From: Tubulanus polymorphus
Taxonomy: Eukaryota > Animalia > Nemertea
Length of the DNA stretch: 64,000 bases
NCBI RefSeq assembly: GCF_964204645.1
Contig: NC_134028.1
Coordinates: forward strand, 12,385,263 to 12,449,262
Direction: 5' to 3'
Shown here in pieces: positions 26,700 to 39,071 of the stretch. Within the stretch, counting starts at the first letter, position 1. Each line of letters begins with the position of its first letter. A model generated the notes under the pieces. The model saw only the letters and a program-made list of their open reading frames with translations. It had not been told where the DNA came from and ran no database searches. The translations under genes were made by a program, and so were the position numbers.

Positions 26700-29600
26700 A
26701 TAATTATTTATTTTTTATCATATTAACTAATCCAAAAATAATTGCACTTACAACTGTAATTAAAAATAAAATAATATGTTCAGCAGCAAAGTTAATAATA
26801 TATCCAGCAGATTTTAAAACAAAACCAAAAATTGATGCTTTAACTCCGGGTAAAGCTGCAGCAGATTTTTTAGATAGTTCCTTAAATATTTTGCTAATTT
26901 TTTCAAACCATCTTTCACTTTATCTTGTATAGAATTATTATTACTTGGAGGTTTATCCGGTTTATTGGGTGTAGGCGTAGATTTTATTGAATTTGATATT
27001 GCTAAACCAATTGTTGTAAATAACATAGTTACAGCTGTTAGAATTGAAAGAATTGTGATACCTTCTAATTTAAATCATAATTTTATTCTATCTTTTAATG
27101 ATATTTCAGAATTTGGTTTTATCAACAAATCTTTAAAAATGGCTTTTAATCTATTAATATTATAATCATGTGATTTTTTTAATTATTTAATTTCTTCTTT
27201 CTAAAATTCTATGTTATATTCTAAATCATCTTTTTCTTTTTCTAAATATGCATTTCTTTTTTTAAATTCAATTTCTTCAATAACTTTATTATCTCTATCT
27301 AATTTCAATTGTTCTATTTTCTTAATTCTATCAGTTCTATCTTTTTCTAAAGTTCTAATTTTAAATCTCTTATACTTTTATCATGCGCAATTTTATCAGA
27401 TGCAAGGCTTATACTAATAATTTCTCTAATTGCTTTATCAGAAAATATATCTAATTCTTCTAATTCTTGATCTGTTGCGTCAAGTAACCCATTCGGTAAA
27501 GTTTTTCAATTTAAACTTTATTTGATTTAAGTTTATTAGTTTTGGAAGTTCCGGGATGTTTCCGGTTCTAAATTATTATTGATTATTTCAAATAATTCAT
27601 TAATTCTTTGTTTAAATACTCTTTTATTTTTAATAATTTCCGTGTCGGTAACATTTTCTATTTCATTACTATTAATTATTCTTTTAATTCTAGATGGTTC
27701 TAAATAACAAAAGTTGATTCTGGTAATATTTTGTTTTGATTTTTATAAGTGATATTAATATAATAATCATCTTTCAAAGGATAATAATATTCACCATCTA
27801 AAAGTTTTAATTCTCTTACTAGATATCTGGCACCTCTATCATTTATATAATATCCAGATCTTTCAAATATAGGTTTGAAATTATATATAAATTCACTATT
27901 TTCCTAATTTTGTTTTACTAAATCTGGATTTTCATTTTCAGAATTTATTCTCGATCTAGTTTTTTTAATCAAACTCGTTTGTTGAAGGCGCTTTAGAATC
28001 ACTATCTGCTAAATTAGAATTATATGCTGATCCATCATCATTATCAATATTAGTTTCATCAAAATCAGGTTGTGGTTCATCAGGTATAAATCCATCATTA
28101 TTTTTTCCCATTTCTCCCATTTCATAAGCTTCTGCACCTTCTACTTCCATTTATATCTTATAAAAATTAAAATTTAAAATATAATATTCCTACTATTACA
28201 ATTCCTATACAGGTTTTAGCTAATTTAGTATTTTCAAGGGATTTATTATCATTATTACTTTTGATTATATCATGTGGAATATTATCAGTTTTTATATTTT
28301 CTGTAGTATTGTAATCTTTTATTTTAGAATCATTATCCAATTTAATATTTTTAGTTTTAGTTTTTGTTGATTGAATATGCTTTTTAATTTTTTCACCTTC
28401 AATTAATTTTGGAGCAGTAATAATTTTTCTATTTATATCATTTAATCCAAATGAATTATTTATTGTAGCAGTTTTATCAAATTATTGTAACCAATTATAT
28501 TTCCCATCTTTAATATCAAATCATTAGAAATAATTAACAAATTAGGGCCTATACAATAATTTAATCTAATATGTGATTTATCTAAATAATTTTGGTACCT
28601 GACTATATTTTCTGGAATTGTTCTATTTTTATCATTATGAATAGAATCTTCAAATGAAAATTTAAATTGTTTCTGCGCGTCAAATGAAGTATCATCATTT
28701 CCAACTATTGGGGATCTTGTTTCAACCTGTGATCCTAAAATACAAATTAAATAATTTCTAATTCATTGATTTATTCTCTGTATACCTGATTTTGTAAAAC
28801 CTTCACTATTTTCTAAAATGAAATTAATCCAACCATTATTATTATCAATTTTATAATTATGATAAGCTCCAATTCTATGCATATAATTAATTCTTTTTAT
28901 TTCATACTGTTCACCAATACCTTGTAATTTACCATGTGCTCTAAAATCAGAATTAACATTTATATTAAATTCATTACATATTTTATAAAAACTTAGATAG
29001 ATTAATATTGTTATCCAATTCTTTAAAATATTTCGATCCAGGTAAAGGGCATTCTAATTCGTTTAATATAATTCTAATTTGAAAATACGTGTGAAATCTA
29101 AATATTGTATGAATTAATTGTAAATCGGAATAATTTAAATTTTAATCTAAGTTATTAAGATGATTGTTCCAACTTATACCACACCCTGTTGTTGCACAAT
29201 AAACAGCAAAATCTAATTGGTTCTGCCAATATTTCATATTAGATTTTACTTTATATATATGATATTCATCTCGAGTAAAAGTAACTTCATATGCATTAAA
29301 TATATTTTCCATTTTAGAAATAAAAAACTTTGTTTCAGTTACATAAATCTCTAAATTAATTAATGAATTTAAAACTTAATATATATATGTAATATTCTTA
29401 TTAAAATCTATTGCAGGAATATTATATTCGAAAGCTTTTGGAAACCCAATTTATATAATAAGAAAATTAATAATTAATTAATTCTTTTAATAATTTATCC
29501 TGCTTTTGAATTGTTATATTACCATTTAAACTTATTATATAATCTAGTGTTTTTTCAATTTATTAATTTTTTTATATTAGATTTAATTTTTCTTTATTAC

Positions 29601-31602
29601 TTTTTATATTCAATTTTGAACTTATTCCGGTTAAAACACTTGAACTTACTCCTAACATACAAATTGATATAGCTAAAGGAGTTAATGGACTGAATATTGC
29701 TAAAAATGTTATTACAGAACTTATTGTAACTGAACCACTAATAATAAAATAATATATAATTTTGCTTTTTAAATATTTTTTCTTTTTAACTTTTAAATCA
29801 TTTTCAAATTCTAATATTTTTTTTCCAAATATAATTTTAATTTAGTTTTATTTATATCATGGGGAATAATATCAACATTATCAACTTTATCATCCATTAA
29901 TTAAGAAAAGAAAATTACTAATTAGTAAATTTATATGCCACAAATATAACAATAACTGTTCCGCCTAAAATCCAAATTATTTCATATTTCTTCTGTTCGT
30001 TACTTGGGGTATAATAATCTGATATTGTAGGTTTATGTAGATGTAATTTTTCTTTATTTGTTACTGCGTTATATAAACTCATTCCATCATCAACTGATTG
30101 AAAATCTCTATGTAAAATTTTCTAATCATATAATTCTTTGTTAATCCATATAGTTTTGTCTTTTTTCTCTATATTCTTCTTTCTATTATATTTCTCTAAT
30201 GCTAAGTTATGTCTTTTTTGTTCTGATAATGAACCTTTTTTATCAATATGTTTAAATGAATATCCACCACCAATAAATGCTAAAGCGTTACCAATTACCG
30301 ACCCTTTAATAGTTATAATTGCAGATGCCATTTATTTAGTTAAAAAAATTATGTTTTTATATAGGAGGAATATATTTTTGTTTTTCCAAATAATCAACTG
30401 TTAAATTAGATAAAGTAACTGCTAACATTAATTTTAAAATGTCATTGATATCAAATCTAACAACATTAATAATTCCCATTCTAAATACTTTTTTTAATAC
30501 CATTGTATAACCAACAGTTCCAACTGATAATGATGCTCCATTGTATAACCCATTTATTATCCACTTATTATCACTTATTTATTAATCAAAAAGATTACAA
30601 TCTTCAAAATATTTAGTTATCTTATTTATGATTATTTCAACATTTATTTCATTACTACTTTTATGATTAACATATATTTTAGATAATATGTTTTTAATAT
30701 CATCGATTATTCCATCTTCATTAAATGATATACTTTTAATATCAGTAATTACATCATTTAGTTTAACTGTCATTTCTTTACCATGTTTAAAATCAAATCC
30801 AAAACATATGCTCGGTCCAACAGTTATATTCATTTATATAGTGAAAAAATTACTCTTTACATCTTATAACTAATTCATAAATTACAGGGAAATTATTTAA
30901 ATCAATTAAGTAACTATTATGATTTCTTACTTCTAATTTAAAATTATTCAATTTTGGAATACAATGTTTGAAATCACATTCAGCCAAATTATAATTTATT
31001 TGTGTTCCAAATTGTTTAACATTTTTTAATGGTAAAATATTTAATATACTAGAATTACAAATTCTATCTTAAGTTGCTTCAAATGTTTTTGTAGGATCAA
31101 TTAAATTTCAATAAATATAAAAGTGTGTTAAAGGTATTATATTTGAGCTACCTTCTGCGTTTCCAGTAATAATATGCAGTTTACTTCCTAGCATTTTAGC
31201 TATTGCTTTGTTTACCATAAATTTATTTTGTTCAGTAGATAACTTTATTCTTATTTTATTAGAACTATCAATTTTAATAAATTTAATTCCAAATTCATCA
31301 GTACTCCCGATTTTCAGCCAACCTCTTCTATTTATTTCCTGTGCTAATGATTCTAAATTATATAATCCTGGTTTTAAAAATAGATGAAACCATTTATTTT
31401 TATTTCTCATATAAATTGCAAACCTCTATGTTCAAAAGTTTTATCCGATATATTATAAAAAGAATTACATAAACTTACATTTACTAATTTTAAATCTACA
31501 CAATTTTTAAATCTTCTATCTAATTGTACAGGTAAATTATGAGATTTAGAATTAAATAGTTTTCTAGAATCAACATATTCTCTATTTTTTCAATTCTACC
31601 AT
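26700..31602 (-). pseudogene. Degraded structural module: membrane/coiled-coil gene, 441-aa homolog, small TM genes, penton-like gene
   Basis: Colinear with 37618-42671. Confidence 0.75.
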
Positions 31603-31625
31603 TTATTTTACATATTTTTATATTA

Positions 31626-31994
31626 CTAAAAATCTATATCATGATGCCCATTTTCATTCTTACCTTTAAATATGAAATAGAAATCATCTGAACATAATTC
31701 TTCTAAATCTTCACTAGATAATCTATGAAATCTATCTGGTAAATATGTTCTGAATTTATATTTATTTCCTTTTAATCCTTCATATTCTAAGTGGATAACT
31801 AATTTATCTCCATATTTGTTAGTAACTCTATCAATATTTGTAATTAGATATTTCTTTGAGAGATTTGGTAATTCTGTTAACTTCTTAAATTTATAATTTA
31901 CAGATTTGACATTTGTAGTATCTTTTATTCTATTCAAGAATTCACTGTGTATTTGTTTACTCTCCATTTTAATAACATATTTATTTTTTATCAA
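31626..31994 (-). CDS. Small conserved protein, possibly OB-fold/SSB-like
   Basis: TNKYGDKLVIHL..TYLPDRF..FKGKNENGHHDI; homolog at 32977-33302; the fold is a guess. Confidence 0.55.
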   Translation of the reverse strand: MIKNKYVIKMESKQIHSEFLNRIKDTTNVKSVNYKFKKLTELPNLSKKYLITNIDRVTNKYGDKLVIHLEYEGLKGNKYKFRTYLPDRFHRLSSEDLEELCSDDFYFIFKGKNENGHHDIDF

Positions 31995-32041
31995 AATTGA
32001 TTTTAGAAGTTATTCATACTCATATATATGAATATTATTAG

Positions 32042-32154
32042 AGTAATTGGGAATAAGTTGTTTCGAGTTAAAGGTTGAAGGGTCGAAAAATAAATTCGAG
32101 TGTGCGAGAATTTATTTTTCGACCCTTCGACCTTTGGCTTGAAACAACTTATTC
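32042..32154 (+). repeat. Terminal fold-back hairpin (47-bp stem, GAGTGTGCGA loop)
   Basis: 32051-32097 pairs with 32108-32154 with four G.T mismatches. Confidence 0.9.
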
Positions 32155-32159
32155 ACGAT

Positions 32160-32701
32160 GTTCAAAAGGGTCTGTGTACTCGTGTTTTGTAGATTTTAAA
32201 TGTGCATTTGACTCTGTATGGAGAGATGCCCTTTTCTACAAGCTTTTAAAAGCCAATGTAGGTGGAAACTTTCTAAAAACCATTATAAGTATTTATAAAG
32301 AGGTCTTATATTGTATTAAACTTGATAAAGGCATCACCTCTCCAAGTAATTCTTGTGTTGGTGTAAAACAAGGTTGTGTAATGAGTCCGACTTTATTTAA
32401 CTTGTTCCTATCAGACTTACCAAATATTTTTGATAGTTCATGTAATCCTGTCTCAGTTGCTGATCTCAATTTAAACTGTCTTATGTTTGCTGATGATTTA
32501 GTTTTATTTTCTGAATCAGCAACTGGACTCCAAAGCTGTTTAAACAAACTAGATAACTATTGTCAGAAGTGGCATTTATCAATCAATACCAAAAAAACTA
32601 AAATCATCGTATATAGCAAGAGTGGGCGTCTTGGAAGAAGCTTGAAATTTTATTTGAACGGATATTCTGAACTTGAAAATGTTAGTTCGTACTGCTTATG
32701 A
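32160..32701 (+). mobile_element. Non-LTR retrotransposon (LINE) reverse transcriptase fragment
   Basis: FVDFKCAFDSV, GVKQGCVMSPTLFNLF, LMFADDL. Confidence 0.9.
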
Positions 32702-32910
32702 GCCAGGAAGATCAATTCATGTATATTGTTTCATATGGCCATGGTGACACTGAAATTTTACCAGCTATCGATTTTGTAAATGACTCCATTAAAACTAAGT
32801 TTGGCTGAGATCTCGAATACACTGTACATTGTATATTAAAACGCATGTCATAGCCAGTGGCGCCGCACTAGCGGTCAATTTCGGAGATTTGATTATATTA
32901 AGTTTTTTTT

Positions 32911-32985
32911 TTTCATACCAGAGGTCGAGAGGTCGAGACACCACTCATCACCACAAGTAATTTTTTTTCCTTATAAATGGGAGAT
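32911..32985 (+). repeat. Left TIR (outer ~19 bp missing)
   Basis: TTTCATACCAGAGGTCGAGAGGTCGAGACACCACTCATCACCACAAG.. is the reverse complement of 49112-49187. Confidence 0.9.
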
Positions 32986-33302
32986 AGAAAAGCATTCTTA
33001 GCAACAATAAATAACAGAATAAAACCAGCAAAAAACAATTTGAAATAAAAAAGTTAGTTGATGTTACAAAAGAAATTGAACATAAAATATTGAAATTAGA
33101 AAAGATAAAAACTAAATATGGAGAGAAAGTATCAGCTAATTTAAGCTACTGCAATGTTAGTACATCGCGAGAATTTAAAGTATTTTTACCTGATAAATGG
33201 GTTTCATTGAGTACAGAGGAATTAAAAGATTTAGAAGGATTTAAAATAATCTATCATGGAAAAAATGAAGATGGCCATCATGATTTAGAAATTGTTGATT
33301 AA
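32977..33302 (+). pseudogene. SSB-like small protein, disrupted
   Basis: KTKYGEKVSANL..VFLPDKW..YHGKNEDGHHDL; homolog of 31626-31994. Confidence 0.6.
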
Positions 33303-33459
33303 ATTTTAAAAAAAATAAATTAATCAAAATAATGAATATCTAGAATCCGAAATGACTTATCTGGACAATTTAATTGCTCCGCATAGATAGACAAAAGTAG
33401 TGAGATATTCAATTAATATTCAATTAATTAAAAAAATTATTTTTTTGGCTTTTTTTCTA

Positions 33460-33833
33460 AAATATTAATCCATTTTTTTTATTGTCAATTTTGGAATTTC
33501 AGAATTATTTTCATTTTTGATAGCAGTTGTTTCAGAATTATTAATATCATGAATTTGATTTGATTTCTTATACCAATTACACCCAATCAAAATGAATACA
33601 ATTAAAAATCAAACTGTAAAATATAGACATTTATCAAATATTCTATCATTAGAAGGAGTAGAAATAACAATATTTTCACTATTTTTATTAACAATTTTAT
33701 TACTTATTTTTTCTTTTACAGCTTTTTTATATTCTTGTGATTTAATTCCTAATTGCCGAGACCATTCAATTTGTTTCTGTGATCTCGGTTTTTTCTTCAC
33801 AGTTAATTCCTTCACTTCTTCCACCTCGCTCAT
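33460..33833 (-). pseudogene. Small basic membrane protein
   Basis: KKPRSQKQIEWSRQLG; homolog at 57295-57656. Confidence 0.5.
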
Positions 33834-34371
33834 TTATTATAGAAATATTTTTACTTTCAATATTTGAAAATGTTATAACTCCAGTTGATAATAATGTCAT
33901 AAATCCGCCTAATTGAAATGATAAATATCCAATCCATTTATCTAATTCAGTCATAACTAAATAATCATTTTTTAAATCGGAATATAATCTATTTTCATCT
34001 TCAATTGGTAGTATATAATTACATAATTTACTATAACCTTTTACTACATTTTCTGATATCGCGTCATTAATTCTAGCTGTTCTCGCGGCTTCATAAATCT
34101 TAAATAATCTAATAATTTCATCTGATTTCATTGTATCTAATTCATTATAAGTTAAATTTTTACCGATAAAATTTTTACATTTTCCAGATGCTATTAATAT
34201 TTCTAATTGATGTTTACAATAAAGATAATATTCATAATTATTATTTGTTGTAACATTATTTAAAGCACCATCATCTGGAATTAATTTGTTTTCTGTTATT
34301 CCTGAATGATCTAAAGTTTTTTCAATTGGAACATCACCATTTTTAGATTTTATTTTCTTTTCACCTACCAT
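33766..34371 (-). CDS. Conserved hypothetical protein
   Basis: Homolog at 56693-57295 (FKIYEAAR.ARIND.IS, LYSDLKND). Confidence 0.65.
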   Translation of the reverse strand: MVGEKKIKSKNGDVPIEKTLDHSGITENKLIPDDGALNNVTTNNNYEYYLYCKHQLEILIASGKCKNFIGKNLTYNELDTMKSDEIIRLFKIYEAARTARINDAISENVVKGYSKLCNYILPIEDENRLYSDLKNDYLVMTELDKWIGYLSFQLGGFMTLLSTGVITFSNIESKNISIINERGGRSEGINCEEKTEITETN

Positions 34372-34394
34372 TTATATAACAAAAAAAATTAGTT

Positions 34395-34680
34395 GTGTTG
34401 TTGCAACTAGAATTCAACTAGAATGTAACTAGAATTCAACTAGATTAACAAGCTAGTTGAAATATTGTTGTTTTCATTTATTTCTTGTTGAATTTTATTT
34501 GATTTTTGTTTCAACTACTAATAAATAGAATTCAACTAGAATGTAACTAAAAATATACTAGATTAACAAGCTAGTTAAAATATTGTTGAATTTTATTTGA
34601 TTTTTGTTTCAACTACTAATAACTAGATTTCAACTAGAATATAACTAAAAATATACTACATAAACAAGCTAGTTGAATTT
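34395..34680. repeat. Intergenic repeats (TAGAATTCAACTAGAA..ACAAGCTAGTT), about three units of ~110 bp
   Basis: Seen directly; related motifs at 56445-56640 upstream of the homologous gene. Confidence 0.75.
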
Positions 34681-34746
34681 AAATAAATTCATATTTAAAT
34701 GTGTGTTGTAATAATCTAAATAGTAATTTTGATCTTTTAATATTTT

Positions 34747-35289
34747 TCAACTTATCCATATATCATTATGTAAATCATGTGGAATAATATCATTTTCCTC
34801 AAGCGCATTTTTCATCGATTTTCTATCTTTATTGTAGAATAAAACTAGAAATCTTATGTTTTCTCTAAAGTCTTTAACAATTGAATTATATTTTTGATTT
34901 AAAACCCAAGTTGTTATCCCAAAATGTCTTCCAGAGAAAGCTAAATAGCATAACTCACTTTCTCTTACTTTTGAATCATGTAAATTTGCGCAATCATCTA
35001 TAATGAATAATGTATTTGATCCTTTATAAATATCTATTGCTATTTTAATACAATCATCTAAATTTTCTTTAACTGTTTTAGGATCTAATATAATAAATGT
35101 ATTATTTCTAGTAATATTTCTATCATAAGTTTGATTAAATTCATATGTTGGACAAAATAATACTATATTATCAAAATAGTTTTCATAAACAGTTTCTAAT
35201 AAATTTAATATAAAATAAGTTTTTCCACAATTTGTTACGCCAGCAATTAACATATTATGAGGCTCAAATATAAATAATTCCTTATTCAT
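34747..35289 (-). CDS. Genome-packaging ATPase (A32/FtsK-HerA type); C-terminus probably frameshifted
   Basis: Walker A GVTNCGKT, Walker B LFIIDD, SGRH arginine motif. Confidence 0.88.
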   Translation of the reverse strand: MNKELFIFEPHNMLIAGVTNCGKTYFILNLLETVYENYFDNIVLFCPTYEFNQTYDRNITRNNTFIILDPKTVKENLDDCIKIAIDIYKGSNTLFIIDDCANLHDSKVRESELCYLAFSGRHFGITTWVLNQKYNSIVKDFRENIRFLVLFYNKDRKSMKNALEENDIIPHDLHNDIWIS

Positions 35290-36340
35290 TTATATATTTT
35301 TAATTTTACTTGATAATATCCATTCATTGAATTTATCTGGCCATCCAACCCATTTTACTAAAGAATATTTTTTTCTTTTAATAGTTTTTGTTTTTAATAC
35401 TTTTTCAATTTTATATTCTTGTTCTAGATTTTCAGTAGTTAAACTTAATTCTTCTTCGTAAAAGTAGCCATCAACTTCTTCACCATCTAAATCTTCTAAT
35501 TTATAGACATATGGTTTTGCTGTTATTACCTTTTTTATTTTATATGTTTCTCTAGTAAAATTTCGATCGTATCCTTTATCAAACATCTTTTTATACTTAG
35601 AAATTCTAACATTTTGACCAACTTTAAATTTAGGTTCACCAAAATCATCTACAAGAAATGCTCCATATGAATTATTCCAAACAATTTCAGCATTTTCAGG
35701 TTTTCTAGCATCAATAGGTTTCATTCCAATAGAAGAATGATAAGAATTATTATATCCTTCTATCAATTTTGGTAAAACATCAATCCATTTAAAAGTATTA
35801 TTTGCTGTAAAATATTTCCACATTCTTGTTCTTAATGTTCCATCAAATCGTTCAACAACTGCTGCTTTTTATCCGATTTTGTTGAAAAATATTTAATATT
35901 ATGAATATCTAAGAGTTCATGAACAAGTGAATTATCAAACTCTTTTCCATCATCAAATTGTATTTTTTCTGGTTTTAGTTTATCATCCGAAAGAAATTTT
36001 CTTAAAACATTTGATGTTTGTACAGCATCTTTTCTATAAAGTGGGAAGCTCCATACATAACGACTAAAAATATCAATTATATTCAATAACCACCAATAAT
36101 CATCATTTTTATATTTTCTAACAATTTTTTTATGTGTTGTGTATGTTGGTTGTTCTAACATAAATTCATTTATATCTTTATATTTAACTAAATTTTGTGG
36201 GATTATCTTATCTAATTTATCTTGTTTTACTTGACGCCATATATTTTTGGTAGAAGAATAAGCAACCGAACTCTCAGGGTTGTAATATAAATTTCTTAAA
36301 TATTGTTCTTTAGTATTAGGAGTTTTTTTTACCACCCATT
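35290..36340 (-). pseudogene. Retroviral-type (rve) integrase with C-terminal chromodomain, frameshifted
   Basis: IDIFSRYVW, IQFDDGKEF, YNNSYHSSIGMKP, LVKWVGWPDKFNEW. Confidence 0.9.
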
Positions 36341-36369
36341 TATATATCGTTAATTTTAACTTTATATTT

Positions 36370-37593
36370 CTAATATTGAATACTATCTAATTGTGAATTT
36401 ACAATATTTAATTGTGCGTCAGATATAATATAAATGTGCATTTTAAAATTTAAGCTTCCTTTTTTCTTTTTCATGAAAAATTGTATTCCATCTTTAGTGT
36501 TCTGTAGTTTTTTCCCAGAACCATGTAATGAATTATCCTCTGTTGTTCTAAAATCTAACCATAATGCATATTTATTGCCGGTATAATAATCAATTTGATT
36601 AGTATTACAATTTTCAAATGATTTTACTTTTTCATTCATAAAATGTTTTCTAATTTCTGGCCATTGTGATCTATCATTCTCATTCCTTGACAAAATATTT
36701 TATTTGCTATTCCTTCGATAGTTATTTCTACTTTTGTTATTTCAGGATTATAATAATTATCTACCTTTATTGCACCATTAGAATATGTTGCAATAGTAAA
36801 AAATATTAATATACCTTTAATAGATCTTCTTGGGAAGTTAATATTCTCATTAATTATTTCATCATTTGCATTAATAGTTACAGTTTTAAATGTATCAATA
36901 TAATCATATAATAATGAAAATCCTTGATTGTATTGAGTTTGAATTGTGCTAGCAATATTTTCATTAGTTACTGTGTCATATTCTAAACATATATTTGATA
37001 ATTTATAACCCATATCTTTAACAACGCTAGATAATACAATTTCATTTACAGGAGCAAATGTTATCTCAAATATAATATCTTCTTGAATTATTTATCAATT
37101 CAAAGTCTAATGGAATTTTATATTTGCTTCCATAAATCTTTTTTATCAAATTATCTACAGCATTAGTTACTACAGCATTATTGGCTTCAGATCTTAATTT
37201 ATTATGGTTTTCCGATTGAATACCCTGAAATATCATATTATTTCTATTTTCTTTAGTTAAGCATAAATCTTTATAATGCATAAATAAATTATAATCATCT
37301 AATGAGAAAACTGTTTCTGGACCAATCTTTATTGTTAATTTTTTAATCAAATATCTTCCAACATTATCAACAACATAATTATTATCATGGCCAGTTACTT
37401 TTATATCAGCTGATAAATAAATACTATTTGGAACATAAAAAGTATTTTGTGTTAATCTAGGAATTCTAACATATAAAGTTTCATCGGGATTAATATTTGA
37501 AGGATTATGTGTAATTATATGATGTGATCTTTCTGCTTTAATAGCATTAGATATTCTAGAAATCTTAGAAGGACTTATATAACTCCCACTCAT
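36370..37593 (-). pseudogene. Major capsid protein (putative double jelly-roll), split by frameshifts
   Basis: ~400 aa beta-rich product conserved in three copies, next to the ATPase and integrase. Confidence 0.68.
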
Positions 37594-37617
37594 TTATTTA
37601 ACAAAAAAATTAATTAT

Positions 37618-39055
37618 TTATTTTTTATTATTTTTTTCTTGATATCTTTTTGATATCATATTCACTAACCCAAAAATAATAGCACTTACAACTGTAATTA
37701 AAAATAAAATAATATGTTCAGCAGCAAAGTTAAGAATATTACCTGCAGATTTCAATATAAAACCAACAATTGATGCAATAATTCCTGGTAAAGCTGCAGC
37801 AGATTTTTTAGATAGTTCCCATAAATATTTTGCTAATTTTTTCAAACCATCCTTAACTTTATCTTGTATAGAATTATTATCATTCGGGGGTTTATCTGGT
37901 TTATTTGGAGTAGGAGTAGATTTTAAAGCATTTGATATTGCTAAACCAATTGTTGTAAATAACATAGTTACAGCTGTTAGAATTGAAAGAATTGTTATTC
38001 CTTCTAATTTAAATAATAACTTTATTCTATCTTTCAATGATATTTAAGAATTTGGTTTTATCAACAAATCTTTAAAAATAACTTTTAATCTATTAATATT
38101 ATAATCATATGATTTTAATAATAATTTAATTTCTTCTTTCTGTACTTCTAAATTATCTTTTAAATTATTAATTTATTTTTCTAAACGTAATTCTTTTTGC
38201 CTATATTCTATTTCATCAATTACTTGATGATCTAAATCAGCCTTTAATTGTTCTATTTCTTTATTTTTATCAGTTAATTCTTTTTCTAAAGATCTCTTAT
38301 ACGTTTATCATGTGCAATTTTATCAGATGCAAGTCTTATACTTTTAATTTCTCTAATTGCTTCAACAGAAAATATATTATTTAAATCTTCTAATTGTTGA
38401 TCTGTTGCATCAATTAATCCATTCGGTAAAAGTTTTTCAATTGGAACTTTATTTGATTTAAGTTTACTAGTTTTGGAAGTTATATTCTGTTCAGTTTCTG
38501 TTTCTGATTTCTTTTTGATTATTTCATATAATTCATTAATTTTTTGTTTAAATACGTCTATATTATCATCTTTTTCTTTTTGCGTAACATCAGTTATTTC
38601 ATTACTATTACTTATTATTTTAATTCTATCTAGTTCTAATTTTTTAAAGTTGATTTTGCTATTATTTTTTCTTCTTTCTTATAAAAGATATCAATATAAT
38701 TATCACCTTTCAAATGATAATACCATTTACCATTATCTAAAAATTTTAATTTATCTGCCAAAGGTCCAACGTTTTCATCATTTATGTTAAATTTAGAAAT
38801 TTCAATTATATGTTTTAATTTAGGTATTTTGTTTAAATCATTTAAATCTTTTTTAACTAAATCTGGGTCTAAATTTTCAGGATTTAATTGTGATTCTGCA
38901 TTTTTAATATAATCAGGCATATTTAAATTATTATTATATCCTGGCTCATTACCATCATTAAAACTTGTTTCACTAAAATCAGGTTGTTGTTCATCAGTTA
39001 TACCAGGTTCATCTAAAGGATCCATTCCAATATCTTCTCCACCTTCTACATCCAT
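37618..39055 (-). pseudogene. Acidic N-terminus / coiled-coil / C-terminal multi-TM protein
   Basis: ORF pieces 38636-39055 and 37618-38037; homologs at 26700-28150 and 62239-63667. Confidence 0.65.
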
Positions 39056-39071
39056 TTATATAATAAAAAAA

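Larger units (their letters stand above)
21490..32154. mobile_element. Hairpin-ended type B element with the structural gene module; no pPolB, integrase or ATPase visible; left end missing
   Basis: Degraded homologs of 36370-42671 followed directly by an SSB-like ORF and a terminal hairpin. Confidence 0.7.

Noticed and set aside
32075-32160. RT ORF apparently starting inside the hairpin (retron- or DGR-like pairing)
   Set aside because: The RT is a truncated LINE-type fragment; the upstream in-frame stretch is read-through, and the other hairpins have no RT neighbour
32895-32915. Target-site duplication for the full-length element
   Set aside because: The outer ~19 bp of the left TIR are replaced by a T-tract; the right flank CTCATG has no match on the left
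33343-33415. SECIS or hammerhead call for the conserved stem-loop
   Set aside because: ATGA is present but the 3' GA quartet and helix geometry are not consistent, and there is no CUGANGA/GAAA core
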